NCBI GenBank assembly: GCA_965248435.1
Contig: OZ252100.1
Location: forward strand, 1,376,001-1,440,000
Reading direction: 5' to 3'
Source of the DNA: Candidatus Latescibacterota bacterium
Lineage (GTDB): Bacteria; Latescibacterota; UBA2968; GCA-2709665
DNA: 64,000 nt
Shown: piece by piece, positions 39,553 through 49,307 of the stretch
How the letters are laid out: every line of letters begins with the position of its first letter
Numbering within the stretch: position 1 is the stretch's first letter
The notes under the pieces: model-generated
Told to the model about the DNA's origin: nothing
The model's input: the letters and a program-made list of their open reading frames with translations, nothing else
Database searches by the model: none
Translations under genes and position numbers: made by a program

Positions 39553-40338
39553 CTATTTCAAATCCGCCCCGAGTTCCACCAGCCCCTCCACAAGGCCCCG
39601 GATCCGGGGCCGATCGCTGTTCAGGAACGCCTCGTCCGGCTGAAAGACGCCAGACGACCACTCCTTCAGCGATGCGATGTGTGCTTCGGTGATCGGCCGG
39701 GCAGCGAATTTCAAGGCGATGTATCGCCGGCGCCGGTCCCTTTTTCCGTAGACCGCGTGGTATATGGACTGGTTGAACATCAACAGATCACCGGGAACGG
39801 TCTCGACGACGTGGCAGGGGACATCCGGGCCCTCCACGCCGAAAAACAGCGGGTTTTCCTCATCGTATCGGTCCCGGAACGACGCGAGGTCTTCGTGCAG
39901 GGGCATCCGGTGAGAGCCGGGGATCACCCGAAGGGCGCCCGTCTCTTTCCTCATCGGATCCAGGTAGAGCATGAACTTGATCCGGAGGTAATCCAGCTCC
40001 TTCGCCCCCTCCCTGTCCGCGTGCCACTGGTGGATTTCGTCTCCGCCTCGAATGCCCCGGTTGCCCTCCGACCCCGACCAGATCAGGTCCGGCCCCATCA
40101 GGTGCGCCGCAGCGTCGTAGACACGCGGGTCCTCGGCCAGCCGCTCGAGCTCGGGATGGCTCTCGATGAAGTTCCCCATGCTCAAGGCCTCCGCCTCGCC
40201 TGCCTGATGGCCCAGCCGTTTTTCCCAAACCTCCTCGGCCGCGTTGGTGATCCGTTCCATCTCCTCCGACGAAAAGACCTGCCGGAAGAAGAGGAAACCG
40301 AAGGTCTCGAAACAGGCGATCTGGTCTGTGCTCAGCAT
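39553..40338 (-). CDS. Phytanoyl-CoA dioxygenase (PhyH) family
   Basis: FETFGF, WHAD, GALRVIPGSH, PGD..YHA. Confidence 0.88.
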   Translation of the reverse strand: MLSTDQIACFETFGFLFFRQVFSSEEMERITNAAEEVWEKRLGHQAGEAEALSMGNFIESHPELERLAEDPRVYDAAAHLMGPDLIWSGSEGNRGIRGGDEIHQWHADREGAKELDYLRIKFMLYLDPMRKETGALRVIPGSHRMPLHEDLASFRDRYDEENPLFFGVEGPDVPCHVVETVPGDLLMFNQSIYHAVYGKRDRRRRYIALKFAARPITEAHIASLKEWSSGVFQPDEAFLNSDRPRIRGLVEGLVELGADLK

Positions 40339-41583
40339 CTAGACCTCAGTCAGCCCACGCAGCTCGACGAGCGGCCGCCACCCGTCTTCTGTCATCACAA
40401 ACGGCTCCTCGACGGTCCATAAAGAGGTAAACCATTCCGAATTCACGACAGCTCCTGGCCGAAAATGAATCGGTCCATCGAGCGGTATGGAAGTCGCCAC
40501 GCTGCCAGTCAGGACCGGTTCTTCGTGGAGCTCCAGGCCGATCCCGTGGATGTACCAATCGGTGACGTGCGCTTTCGCTTCCAGGTCGGTCGTGACGTAG
40601 TCGTCGATCACTTTTTTGGCTTCCGGATGGCCCATGTTGGGACGGACGAGATTGAGTGCCTCTGTCTGTACCCGTCTCAGGATCTCGAAATCCCGGCACG
40701 CCTCATCAAAAGGAACCTGCACCTCTCCCCACGCAAGGGTGCCGTTTTCGTCCGGCCGGTGGAAGAACTCGTGCCAGGCCAGGTCAGAGAAATAGTACTG
40801 GTATCTGGCCTGACAATGCGTTACGAAAAACGGCGAGTCGTCGGGCAGGCCCCGCCATTTCCTCGCCGTTGAGGCAAAGAATCGTCTTCTCGCATCTGGG
40901 TCCCACCAGTCGGGCGTCTCGTCCGTCCCTCCGTTCCAAGCCAGCCCGTATGGTCCTCCCACCCACTCCCCTCCCCGATCCAGGGCCGATTGTGCCCGAA
41001 TCCGCTCGGCCTCCTCTCGAGACGCCCCGGAACGAATCGCTTGCATATAAGCCTGCATCGCCCGAAGACCGATCTCAGCCGCTTTTCGCAGTAGGCCCTG
41101 CTCCCGTGTCGTTTTGGTGAACCGGATCCGGGGGACGAGCAGGTCGCACGCGACGAACTCGACATGGGGAAGCGCCGAACGGAGGTGATCGTAGACGGCA
41201 ACAGGGATCCACTTATGTTCGATGCCGATCCTGGCCCGATCCAGTCCCTTTTCTCTCGCGAGATCCACGAATCGCTGCAGGGCATTCGGGGCCGGACGGC
41301 TTGTCGGATGCCGCTCCGTCAACCACCAGGGGGCGACCCCGACGCCCCCTTTTCCGACCAGAAGAAATTCTTCACCAACGATGAAAGCGTCATCTGCACG
41401 GGGAATCACCAGCAGGACGGTCATCTCTTCCCACGGGATGCCGAAGTGCACCATGTCGTAGTAGTTTGTCAGGTATGCGAGATGGGACGGTTTCCACGGA
41501 ATGAACGCGTCCAGCTTCTCTGAATCCAGGTAGAGTCGGATTTCCGCGATGGTGCGATCGTCCTTTTCCTTCCATCCAGTCAA
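40339..41583 (-). CDS. M24 / creatinase-aminopeptidase P family protein
   Basis: N-terminal creatinase domain (YLT), YFSD, HGIGLELHEEP, VEE. Confidence 0.75.
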   Translation of the reverse strand: MTGWKEKDDRTIAEIRLYLDSEKLDAFIPWKPSHLAYLTNYYDMVHFGIPWEEMTVLLVIPRADDAFIVGEEFLLVGKGGVGVAPWWLTERHPTSRPAPNALQRFVDLAREKGLDRARIGIEHKWIPVAVYDHLRSALPHVEFVACDLLVPRIRFTKTTREQGLLRKAAEIGLRAMQAYMQAIRSGASREEAERIRAQSALDRGGEWVGGPYGLAWNGGTDETPDWWDPDARRRFFASTARKWRGLPDDSPFFVTHCQARYQYYFSDLAWHEFFHRPDENGTLAWGEVQVPFDEACRDFEILRRVQTEALNLVRPNMGHPEAKKVIDDYVTTDLEAKAHVTDWYIHGIGLELHEEPVLTGSVATSIPLDGPIHFRPGAVVNSEWFTSLWTVEEPFVMTEDGWRPLVELRGLTEV

Positions 41584-41597
41584 CTACATTCTCCTTC

Positions 41598-41900
41598 TTA
41601 GCCAGGAGCGCCGCCCTGTCCGTAGACGGTCTTGATGTTGCGCGATGTGGTCAGAGAACGCCAGCTGCCGATCACGGCCACCACAACGCCCAGGATGATG
41701 AGCCCCCAGCCGCCCACACTCGCCAGCGTGCCCTCGAGGAATTTGATGGCTCCGGCGCCGGTGATGAAGAGGGCGAGACTGGTCCTGCAATAGGCCAGAA
41801 AGGTGCGTTCGTTGGCTAGGACGGATCTATCGATCGCGAGCTGATCCCGAAGGATCAGCTCAGCACCCGCGAATTGTGCATAGAGGTTCTGTCTCGGCAT
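41598..41900 (-). CDS. DUF202 membrane protein
   Basis: LANERTFLAYCRTSL. Confidence 0.9.
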   Translation of the reverse strand: MPRQNLYAQFAGAELILRDQLAIDRSVLANERTFLAYCRTSLALFITGAGAIKFLEGTLASVGGWGLIILGVVVAVIGSWRSLTTSRNIKTVYGQGGAPG

Positions 41901-41942
41901 CGCGCCTCCCTTTTTCGTTGACGGGTTCGCTCGAGAGCGGTT

Positions 41943-42947
41943 CTAACCGATCTTCTTGAAATACTCGACCTTCCCGTCCTGGGCCAGGTCTGCCACCTTG
42001 TCGATGAGCGCCTGGCGGTCCTGCTCGGTCAGCGCCGCGAAATCGCGGGCGAGGCCGATCTTCTCTCGCATCAGTTCCGCGTTCTCGGCCCCGGTAATCA
42101 GGACGCTCACAGGCAGCGACCAGACGAAATGGAGGGCCTGGCGGACACTGACCCGGCCCGGGACGACAGGGTCGTCCGTTTCCCACTGTACCTTGCCCTG
42201 CTTGACCTTCTTCGGGAAGAAGCGCCCGTCTGCCAGCGTCTTCATGGCCAGCAGCGCGATGTTGCGCTCCTGCAGGATCGGCGTGACCTGTTCGATGAAG
42301 CTGTGGTGGCTGGGATCGAGCAGATTCACCGGCATCTGGCAGGTATCGAACATATCACTGTCGGCGGTCCGCTCCAGCATACGCAGGTGCGCCGCGGGGT
42401 TGCGATGTCCGGTGAACCCGATGAAACGGGTCTTGCCGGAAGCCTTCGCCTTCTCGAAAACATCCAGGACACCGCCTTCGATACGCCGGTCCACATCCTC
42501 GGGCGTGCCAATCGCGTGCACCTGCCAGAGATCCAGATAGTCCGTCTTCATGCGCCTCAGCGCGTCATCGAGGTGCTGCTGCGCGGTCGCTCCATCCTTG
42601 GCGCCTGTCTTCGTCATGATGAAGACCTGATCGCGGCCCTTTGGCACCAGGTATTTACCGTACCGCTCCTCGCTCCTGCCGTTCGAGTATCCCTCCGCGG
42701 TATCGAAGAAGCGCACACCGCCCTCGAGTGCCGTTTCGATCACGGCGGCCGCATCCTCCTCGGTCGTCCAGCCGACATGATACCCTCCGATCCCGAGCAT
42801 CGTCACCGCCTGGCCCGTGCGTCCCAGCTTGCGCACCGGCAGAAGTGCGCCCAGCCTGTCGCGCGCCGCACTGCCGCATCCCCACGGAATCATCACGCCC
42901 GGAAGCGCGGCGAGTAGGGTCTTCAGGAAATTGCGTCGTTCAATCAT
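41943..42947 (-). CDS. Aldo/keto reductase with twin-arginine signal
   Basis: MIERRNFLK...PWGC; FDTAEGY, MTK, TDYLDLWQVH. Confidence 0.9.
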   Translation of the reverse strand: MIERRNFLKTLLAALPGVMIPWGCGSAARDRLGALLPVRKLGRTGQAVTMLGIGGYHVGWTTEEDAAAVIETALEGGVRFFDTAEGYSNGRSEERYGKYLVPKGRDQVFIMTKTGAKDGATAQQHLDDALRRMKTDYLDLWQVHAIGTPEDVDRRIEGGVLDVFEKAKASGKTRFIGFTGHRNPAAHLRMLERTADSDMFDTCQMPVNLLDPSHHSFIEQVTPILQERNIALLAMKTLADGRFFPKKVKQGKVQWETDDPVVPGRVSVRQALHFVWSLPVSVLITGAENAELMREKIGLARDFAALTEQDRQALIDKVADLAQDGKVEYFKKIG

Positions 42948-43010
42948 GGTGAACCTCCAGGAAGTTAGTTAAAGCCAGTACTGGAGAATCGGACTACAGG
43001 CACCGTTAAG

Positions 43011-43052
43011 TGTGGGACCCGACTCCAGTCGGGGAACGGGCTATTGCGGTGC
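43011..43052. repeat. Intact REP-like palindrome homologous to 10382-10460
   Basis: TGTGGGACCCGAC-TCCA-GTCGGGGAA followed by GGGCTAT. Confidence 0.7.
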
Positions 43053-43089
43053 AATAGAGCCCAAGCACACAGGTGCCAACGTTACGAAA

Positions 43090-43365
43090 ACACCTGCCTC
43101 CGGCGGCCAACTTTTCTTGCTCGCCCAAGAAAAGTTGGACGAAAGAAGGGCGCCGCTCAAACGCCGCGGGGGCTCCGGCCGCGGCACCTCACCCTCAGTG
43201 GAAAGGACTAGCTCCGCGTTCCTGGCGGATTGCCTGCCCAACTGACGCCCAGCACGGGGGCGGGCTAGGGGTCCGAAACCGCGTGGGAGGTGAAAGCACC
43301 TGGTTGCAAGGGAGTCGCACACCGCGGCCCCAATGCTTTTAAGCCATCTTTTTCGCGAGTTTGAG
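43090..43365. repeat. Structured repeat, MITE-like; its ~65-bp end is repeated at 34805-34870
   Basis: CCAACTTTTCTTG-CTCGCC-CAAGAAAAGTTGG hairpin; CTGGTTGCAAGG..TCGCACACCGCGGCCC shared with 34810-34839. Confidence 0.5.
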
Positions 43366-43369
43366 AATC

Positions 43370-43496
43370 GCCAGGGGACGTCCCACCCGACCTTGAGGGC
43401 GTTCTCACAGACCCTCTTGACCGTCTGCTCGAAATCGTGCTTGCTTCTGTTGACCTTGAACATGGCTGCCTTCATGGCACGCATTGTCAAGCTCAT
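43370..43496 (-). pseudogene. 5' fragment of a DUF302-like gene
   Basis: GAGGAGG RBS; SKHDFEQTVKRVCENALKVGWDV, then reads into the repeat. Confidence 0.5.
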
Positions 43497-43543
43497 CGCT
43501 CTGCCCTCCTCTCAATAGTCCTGGGCATCTACCCATCTCTGCT

Positions 43544-44680
43544 TCAACTCGACTCCTCCTTTACCATTCGTATCATCGTCTCATAATTGGTCATCGTCTG
43601 CGCGGTGATCGTGCGGCCATAGGGGCAGGCAGACGGCTGCAGGATGAACCCGCGTCCCTCGCCGGCCGTGCCTTCACGCAGGGCGGCCGCCACCTTCCGC
43701 TCGAACTCCGCCGTCGACAGGTTCTCGATGTCGGACGCCTCGATATTCCCCATCAGGACCGTATCCTGCCCGATCTCCCGCTTGATTTCCCACAGCTCCA
43801 TGTCGCCCTGAGGCGGCGGCTCCAGAGGATCCAGCCCGTCGGGGTTCATGCTGGCGATGAGGGGCAGGATGTGCCGCAGCCGGCCGCGGGAATGGATTCG
43901 GGAATATCCACCGTGCGCCTGAATCGTCTTTACGATCTGGCCCGTATACCGAACGACGTACTCCTCGTAGAGCCGCGGGGGTAGATAGGGCTCTCTCGCA
44001 TACTCCGAACCACACGTGCGCCAGAGGCGTCCCGGGAACGCCCTGGCGAGCTGCTCGCACCTGGGGAAGAGCGTTCGCGCGAACCGCTCGAGCAGCCGGT
44101 GAAAAAGTTTTGGCTCCTTCATGGCGATGACGGTGTAGTCCGCCATCGAGAACAGGGCCGCGGACGCGCAGATCGGATCGTTGAACTCCACGCTCAGGAT
44201 TCCGGCATCTCCGAGCGTCTCTTCCTCGGCCATCAGATCAGATACGTCCACCTGACCGATCGCAGGCTCGGGAAGCTGAAGGAAGGCCTCTACATCCTCG
44301 GCGCTCTTCAGCGGATGTTCGAGCCTCCGGGTCGTCTGAGTCTCCCGGTCACGGCGGGCGAGGGAGGTGAGTGTGCGCCCGGGCGCCCTGATCTGCATGC
44401 GGGTGAAGCGTGAGTCCTCTTCGCTCCAGCTCTCTTCCGTCATCAACTCGTCGAGGCCGTTGTCGGACCCCCCGGTCCAGCTCGCGGACACCATTCGGAT
44501 CAGGTCGGTCTCTTCGTGTGCCAGCTGAATCAGCGGCCGCCACGAGGGATCGTTCCAGACGTCGAAATCGTCGTCGTCCGGCGCCATGTTCCAGCCGCCG
44601 ATCTCGTAGAAAGAGACTGCCGGACGGTCCACCGGCTTCCCTTCCAGCGTTGCCATCAGCCGTTCGCGGCGCGTCATCAT
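43544..44680 (-). CDS. Uroporphyrinogen decarboxylase / MtaA-CmuA family protein
   Basis: MTRRERL...DRP, DPLEPPPQGD, MGNIE, GFILQPS. Confidence 0.8.
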   Translation of the reverse strand: MMTRRERLMATLEGKPVDRPAVSFYEIGGWNMAPDDDDFDVWNDPSWRPLIQLAHEETDLIRMVSASWTGGSDNGLDELMTEESWSEEDSRFTRMQIRAPGRTLTSLARRDRETQTTRRLEHPLKSAEDVEAFLQLPEPAIGQVDVSDLMAEEETLGDAGILSVEFNDPICASAALFSMADYTVIAMKEPKLFHRLLERFARTLFPRCEQLARAFPGRLWRTCGSEYAREPYLPPRLYEEYVVRYTGQIVKTIQAHGGYSRIHSRGRLRHILPLIASMNPDGLDPLEPPPQGDMELWEIKREIGQDTVLMGNIEASDIENLSTAEFERKVAAALREGTAGEGRGFILQPSACPYGRTITAQTMTNYETMIRMVKEESS

Positions 44681-44732
44681 TCGTGATCCCTGGTTGGCGG
44701 GGCGATCAAGAGCGGCTGTAAGTTTGCTGACG

Positions 44733-45866
44733 TCATTCATCCACAGGAGGCAGGGACTCGAACGCTGCCAGGGGAACAGCATAGACGTTTCCATACCCGG
44801 AGCGGTCTGACGTGAACACAACGGTCTGACCGCCGGGCGAAATCCTGGGGTGTGGATGGGTCTGCTGAATGTGCCTCGCGGAGTCGTGGCGGCACAGCAC
44901 GCGTGGGAAAGTATAGCCTTCTCCCATCCACTTCCAGACCCGAATCACCCCATCACCGTCTCCCACGATCAGGTTCTCGTCGTGTGAGAAGATGTGGCCG
45001 GTCTCTCCGGGAAAGTCGCATTCAAAACCCTCCGTGTCGTCGAAGCGTATATGGCCGAGCATGGGCCGGCCCTCCAACGTCTTGCCGTGGTAGCCGACCC
45101 GGATCCCGTCTTCGTACCAGTATTCGTGGCCGACGACTTCGTCCTCAGATGTCGGGCGTATCTTCCAGACCTTACCGCTGTTCGCATCGAGCCCCCAGAT
45201 TCGCTGGTCCACCCTGGCCCACGGTCCTTCGTGACAGTAGGTCAGAAGGCCGGCATGTGTGGGAGACGTGTTCACGTGCCCGATCCAGATCTTCTCCTCA
45301 TAGACGACGCGGTCCCGGTCCCCGCTTCCGTCTACGGCGACTTCGATGATCTGGCTCAAGGGCCTCGCGGCCCACGTCTCGGCAAAACCTACGAGGCCCC
45401 GCAGAAGATCCGTATGGATTTTGGCAGACAGGTCCTCATAACATCCGAAATAGACGTGTCGACCATCCGCAGAGCAGTTCGTCATCGACACACACCACCG
45501 GGCCTCGACCTCGAACAGCACCCGTGTCTTACGTGATGGAATGTCGAGCGCGACGAGCTGCAGATCGTGCCAGAAATAGACCTCGTCCCGAACCGGGTTT
45601 AAACACGCCGTAAGGAAGTGAAGCTCGCGGGGTGGGGGCACGGGTTCAAGATCGGTAAGCTGCTCGATCTCCCCAGCCTCGAGGTCAACACCGAAGAGGT
45701 TTGTCCGGTTTTCACGATCGGAACCGAACAGCAGCTTCCTGCCGTCCTCATACCATCCCGGATTGGTGAAGTAGAAATGATGACTGTGCCCCTTGTAGTC
45801 GGTCAGTTGGGTAACCGACAGGCCTGAGCAGGGATCTTTGTATGTCTTCTTCTCGAGTCTCATCAC
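44733..45866 (-). CDS. Oligogalacturonate lyase family beta-propeller
   Basis: HFYFTNPGW, WIGHVN, YCHEGPW..DQRIW, GHEYW, HPHP. Confidence 0.85.
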   Translation of the reverse strand: MMRLEKKTYKDPCSGLSVTQLTDYKGHSHHFYFTNPGWYEDGRKLLFGSDRENRTNLFGVDLEAGEIEQLTDLEPVPPPRELHFLTACLNPVRDEVYFWHDLQLVALDIPSRKTRVLFEVEARWCVSMTNCSADGRHVYFGCYEDLSAKIHTDLLRGLVGFAETWAARPLSQIIEVAVDGSGDRDRVVYEEKIWIGHVNTSPTHAGLLTYCHEGPWARVDQRIWGLDANSGKVWKIRPTSEDEVVGHEYWYEDGIRVGYHGKTLEGRPMLGHIRFDDTEGFECDFPGETGHIFSHDENLIVGDGDGVIRVWKWMGEGYTFPRVLCRHDSARHIQQTHPHPRISPGGQTVVFTSDRSGYGNVYAVPLAAFESLPPVDE

Positions 45867-45867
45867 A

Positions 45868-45985
45868 CATCGTATCTCGTTAGAACCGGGTACCGGGGAA
45901 CCAAAACACGGGTACCGGGTACCGTGGGTTCGTTACTTGCCCGTCAATCATCGCCCAGGAGCCTGGCCTCGAGATACGAGATAGG
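45868..45985. repeat. Heptamer arrays (CGTATCT/AGATACG; GGGTACC)
   Basis: catcgtatctcg ... gggtaccgggtaccg ... cgagatacgagatag. Confidence 0.55.
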
Positions 45986-45991
45986 TCTTAC

Positions 45992-46720
45992 TCACCGTGG
46001 CCCGAACAGCCTGATGGCAATCTCCATCTCGGAATCCATGACTTTATGCTCTTTCATTTCGCCGTAGACGCTTGCCACATCATACGCAACACGTTTGAGG
46101 TGAATCTCCCCGTCCACAATCGTTATGTATTGTGCATCCTGTGACGGGTCACTGAGACTGAGGATGTCGCGCTGCGCGCGGTAGGAGGCGCTGCCCGCAT
46201 TCAGCCAGAGTGTGGTGTCGCTCAGATAGTAGACGCCGAGACGGTGGGTATGCCCGACGATCAGACGTGTGGGCAGACCCTCCTGATTCTCAGGAAAGGT
46301 CTCCTGGACAAAGGAATCGAAAACCTGTGGGCTCGTAATCACTTCGATCTCTCGGTATAGATGCGTCATGCCATACCGTATTCCATCCGCGCAGAAATCG
46401 ACAGCCGCGGGCAGCTGCTCCAGGAATGAGATCTCTTCCTCGTTCAAACGGATCGCATTGTGGTGCTTCCACATGGTTTCACTGACCTGCAGGCGTTCGA
46501 GGTCGCAGTTCCTGTAGCGCGAGGCTACCTCGGTATCGTGGTTGCCTCTTACGCAAATGACTTCATGTTCCCGGATCCAATCGATCGCCTCTTTCGGATA
46601 GGGTCCATAGTCCACCAGGTCTCCGGGGCAGTAGACGATATCGCTGTCCTTGTCGACCTTCCAGATCGCTTCGAGCGCCTGAATGTTGCTGTGAATGTCG
46701 GAGATCACCAGAACTTTCAT
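45992..46720 (-). CDS. Metallophosphoesterase family protein
   Basis: SDIHSN, GDLVDYG, GNHD, GHTH, NAGS. Confidence 0.9.
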   Translation of the reverse strand: MKVLVISDIHSNIQALEAIWKVDKDSDIVYCPGDLVDYGPYPKEAIDWIREHEVICVRGNHDTEVASRYRNCDLERLQVSETMWKHHNAIRLNEEEISFLEQLPAAVDFCADGIRYGMTHLYREIEVITSPQVFDSFVQETFPENQEGLPTRLIVGHTHRLGVYYLSDTTLWLNAGSASYRAQRDILSLSDPSQDAQYITIVDGEIHLKRVAYDVASVYGEMKEHKVMDSEMEIAIRLFGPR

Positions 46721-46747
46721 GCATCTTTCCCTTGGGGCACAACGCTG

Positions 46748-46868
46748 GGGGAATGGAGTATTGGAGGACAAAGAACAAAAACGCTAGTGCTGGAGTAATG
46801 GGAGAATGGAGTATTGGAAAGATCGGTTTTGCAATACTCCATCACTCCAGTACCGCAATACTCCAGAA
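46748..46868. repeat. Inverted octamer array (GGAGTA(A/T)T / ATACTCCA)
   Basis: gaatggagtattgga..ggagtaatgggagaatggagtattgga ... caatactccatcactccagtaccgcaatactcca. Confidence 0.7.
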
Positions 46869-46890
46869 TCGAACAGCCTCCTGCCGGTCT

Positions 46891-48141
46891 CTACGCGCGA
46901 TACGCCTCTGCTACCTTGCGCATCGCCTTCGCGACGCCGTGCATATCCTCCTCGGAGTAGTGCTCGCTCCAGGAGATCGTGAAGTGCCGGGTCAGCGCCT
47001 GTTCGGCGGTGGGACACATCCCCTTGTGATAGCTCACGCGCCCGTCGTACACAGCCCTGGGAAGGGCATAGTCAGGATACTTCTGCGGCACGGGGTCCAG
47101 GAAGGCAGGGTGGTCGTAGAGCAGGTAGTAGCCCTTGCACGAGCTGGGGACGCCTTCTTCTCTCAGCGCAAGGGCGAATCCGTAGCAGTTGACGTTGAAT
47201 GCGTCCGGTTCGAAGGCAATGGGACGAAGCCAGTAGGAATGCGCGGCACCATCGATGACGTGCTGTGGCCCCAGACCCGGGATGTCTTCGATCAGCTGGC
47301 CGAGCAGGTGCGCCAGCTGCCTGCGGCGGGCCACGTTGTCATCCAGTTTTCTCAACTGGACCAGCCCGACCACTCCGCCGAGTGGATTCATCTTGTAGTT
47401 GAGCCCCAGGCCGAAGTGCCCTCTGTGACTCAATCCGTCTCTCGTTCCGTCTCTCTCTCCCCGATCCACGCCGAAGAACTTCGCCTTCTCTGCATACGCG
47501 TCATCGTTCGTGATCACGATGCCGCCCGCAACGGTGTGCAGGTGTTTTCCGGCGATTAGACTAAACACCCCGATCTCGCCGATCGACCCTACCTTGCGGC
47601 CTTTGTATTCCGCGAAGTGGGCCTGGGAGCCGTCCTCGATGATCGGAAGATCGTGCCGCCTGCCGATCTCCATCAACGCATCCATGTCTGCCGGCTGGCC
47701 GTAGAGATGGACCGCGATGATCGCCTTCGTCCGCTCCGTGACCTTGGACTCGACGTCGGCGGGATCGATATTACAGGTGTGAAGGTCGACGTCGGCGAAG
47801 ATCGGGATCGCATTCTGCGCAAGAATGCCTTTCACGCTGCCCACGTCGCTGATGGCGGGGAGAATCACCTCGTCACCGGGCTCGACGCCGGCGGCATAGG
47901 TCCCCGCGTGGACGGCCGCCGTTCCTGAACATAAGCCGACCCCGTGGCTGACCCCGCAAGCCTGCGCAAAGGCCTGGGAGAACTCGCCTACCGGGTCCCC
48001 CCGCAGTCCTCCCCGCATGAACGCCGCCACCGCTTCCACATCCTCCTCACCCACTTTTTTCGTCACCAGGTCCTTGTTGATCGGCTCCGGGAAGATCGGC
48101 GTCCCGCCGTCGATCGCCAGTTGCGATGTGTTCGTTGCCAT
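46891..48141 (-). CDS. DegT/DnrJ/EryC1/StrS aminotransferase
   Basis: SGTAA, VHLYG, EDGSQAH, FSLIAGKH, GLNYKM. Confidence 0.92.
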   Translation of the reverse strand: MATNTSQLAIDGGTPIFPEPINKDLVTKKVGEEDVEAVAAFMRGGLRGDPVGEFSQAFAQACGVSHGVGLCSGTAAVHAGTYAAGVEPGDEVILPAISDVGSVKGILAQNAIPIFADVDLHTCNIDPADVESKVTERTKAIIAVHLYGQPADMDALMEIGRRHDLPIIEDGSQAHFAEYKGRKVGSIGEIGVFSLIAGKHLHTVAGGIVITNDDAYAEKAKFFGVDRGERDGTRDGLSHRGHFGLGLNYKMNPLGGVVGLVQLRKLDDNVARRRQLAHLLGQLIEDIPGLGPQHVIDGAAHSYWLRPIAFEPDAFNVNCYGFALALREEGVPSSCKGYYLLYDHPAFLDPVPQKYPDYALPRAVYDGRVSYHKGMCPTAEQALTRHFTISWSEHYSEEDMHGVAKAMRKVAEAYRA

Positions 48142-48299
48142 TTTTCTTCCCCCGACTATGGGATATTGGGTGTTGGGTAATTGATTATTGACTTTTAAGG
48201 CTCTCGGAACTGCAGCAAGAACTATGTACTGGCCGGCCCGACGTCCACATCAGGCGACTCTGTAGCCTCTTTCAATCCGTCCAATAATTGTAGACTCTT

Positions 48300-49307
48300 T
48301 CAGTCATGAGACTCCTCGTCCTTCTTCAACTTTGCTAACGGTGTTCGGACGATAAACACTCCCGGTCCCCCGGGTTGGTCTGGGTCTAAATCGTAAAATA
48401 CAGTGCCGAGAGTCTCAGCGTCGATTTGCGCCGTACGCGGCCAACCACGTCCCACAATTCGTCGTCCCGGGTTGTGGACTTCAAAAGCGTGGTCGAAATT
48501 CCATGTTTCGCCGTCATCGCGCGATACAATCAGTTCATAACTAAACTCCCCATCGTGTCCGACGCCGTAGGCAATAGCAGTCAACACAACCCAGCCGTTG
48601 GTTAAAAGGGTGAGGTCGTACCCGGCGACACCGAAGTGTGGAAAAACACCTAACGCCTGCCAGGTCCTGCCCTCGTCGGTAGAACGAAGCCCTCTAACCA
48701 TGTTTCCCGGCACACCGACAGGAACAGGTGCATCGGCTTGAGGGGCACCACTGATAAGGGTCACCCTGGGAGTCCAGACGATGGGCACCATGCCGTGGTT
48801 GCGACCATCGCCAAAAGGCGTGACCGTGTCTGTCTGCATATCGTAAAGCACGGTGCGGTCAAAAAAAGGACACACCCACTGAGAAGGCGACCATTCGACC
48901 ACTGCGTGGCGCATACAGGTATAATTGGTGTGGTCGGTGATAGGATAATCCTGCGGTTTAGACCACGTTTCGCCTTCATCGGTGCTTATCGAAAATTGTG
49001 GCTCCCGCCATAGTCTCTCTACCGTTTTTTTGTAACAGGACCAATTAAGTAATATCCGCCCATCGCTTAACGTCGTCAGTGACCCGGGATAGATCGAGCA
49101 GTCGCGGATGACGGGGATTGGCGCCGAATCGCTCCATGTGGTTCCGCCATCACTGGAGCAGCTTAACAGGAGTTCTTTCCCACCGCCACCTTCTTTGTTG
49201 TAGACGACGAGTAGTATACCGCTCTTAGTAACGCAGGCCGCCGGATGGACATGCCCGCCGATGACATCGGCGATGCGTATCGGTTCACTGATACTATTTT
49301 TAATCAT
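48300..49307 (-). CDS. Sialidase-like / BNR (Asp-box) beta-propeller protein
   Basis: Four Asp-boxes: SSDGGTTW, STDEGETW, STDEGRTW, SRDDGETW. Confidence 0.8.
   Translation of the reverse strand: MIKNSISEPIRIADVIGGHVHPAACVTKSGILLVVYNKEGGGGKELLLSCSSDGGTTWSDSAPIPVIRDCSIYPGSLTTLSDGRILLNWSCYKKTVERLWREPQFSISTDEGETWSKPQDYPITDHTNYTCMRHAVVEWSPSQWVCPFFDRTVLYDMQTDTVTPFGDGRNHGMVPIVWTPRVTLISGAPQADAPVPVGVPGNMVRGLRSTDEGRTWQALGVFPHFGVAGYDLTLLTNGWVVLTAIAYGVGHDGEFSYELIVSRDDGETWNFDHAFEVHNPGRRIVGRGWPRTAQIDAETLGTVFYDLDPDQPGGPGVFIVRTPLAKLKKDEESHD

Noticed and set aside
43301-43331. Minus-strand GGGGCCGCGGTGTGCGACTCCCTTGCAACCA resembling a tRNA/tmRNA end
   Set aside because: No acceptor stem, cloverleaf or canonical GTTC T-loop; treated as a repeat.
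43041-43496. 151-aa ORF as an intact protein
   Set aside because: Only the first ~42 codons look protein-like; the rest is read-through into repeat DNA.
46748-46868. Short repeat arrays as a possible CRISPR
   Set aside because: The units are 7-8 nt tandem and inverted, not 23-47 nt repeats with spacers, and there are no cas genes.
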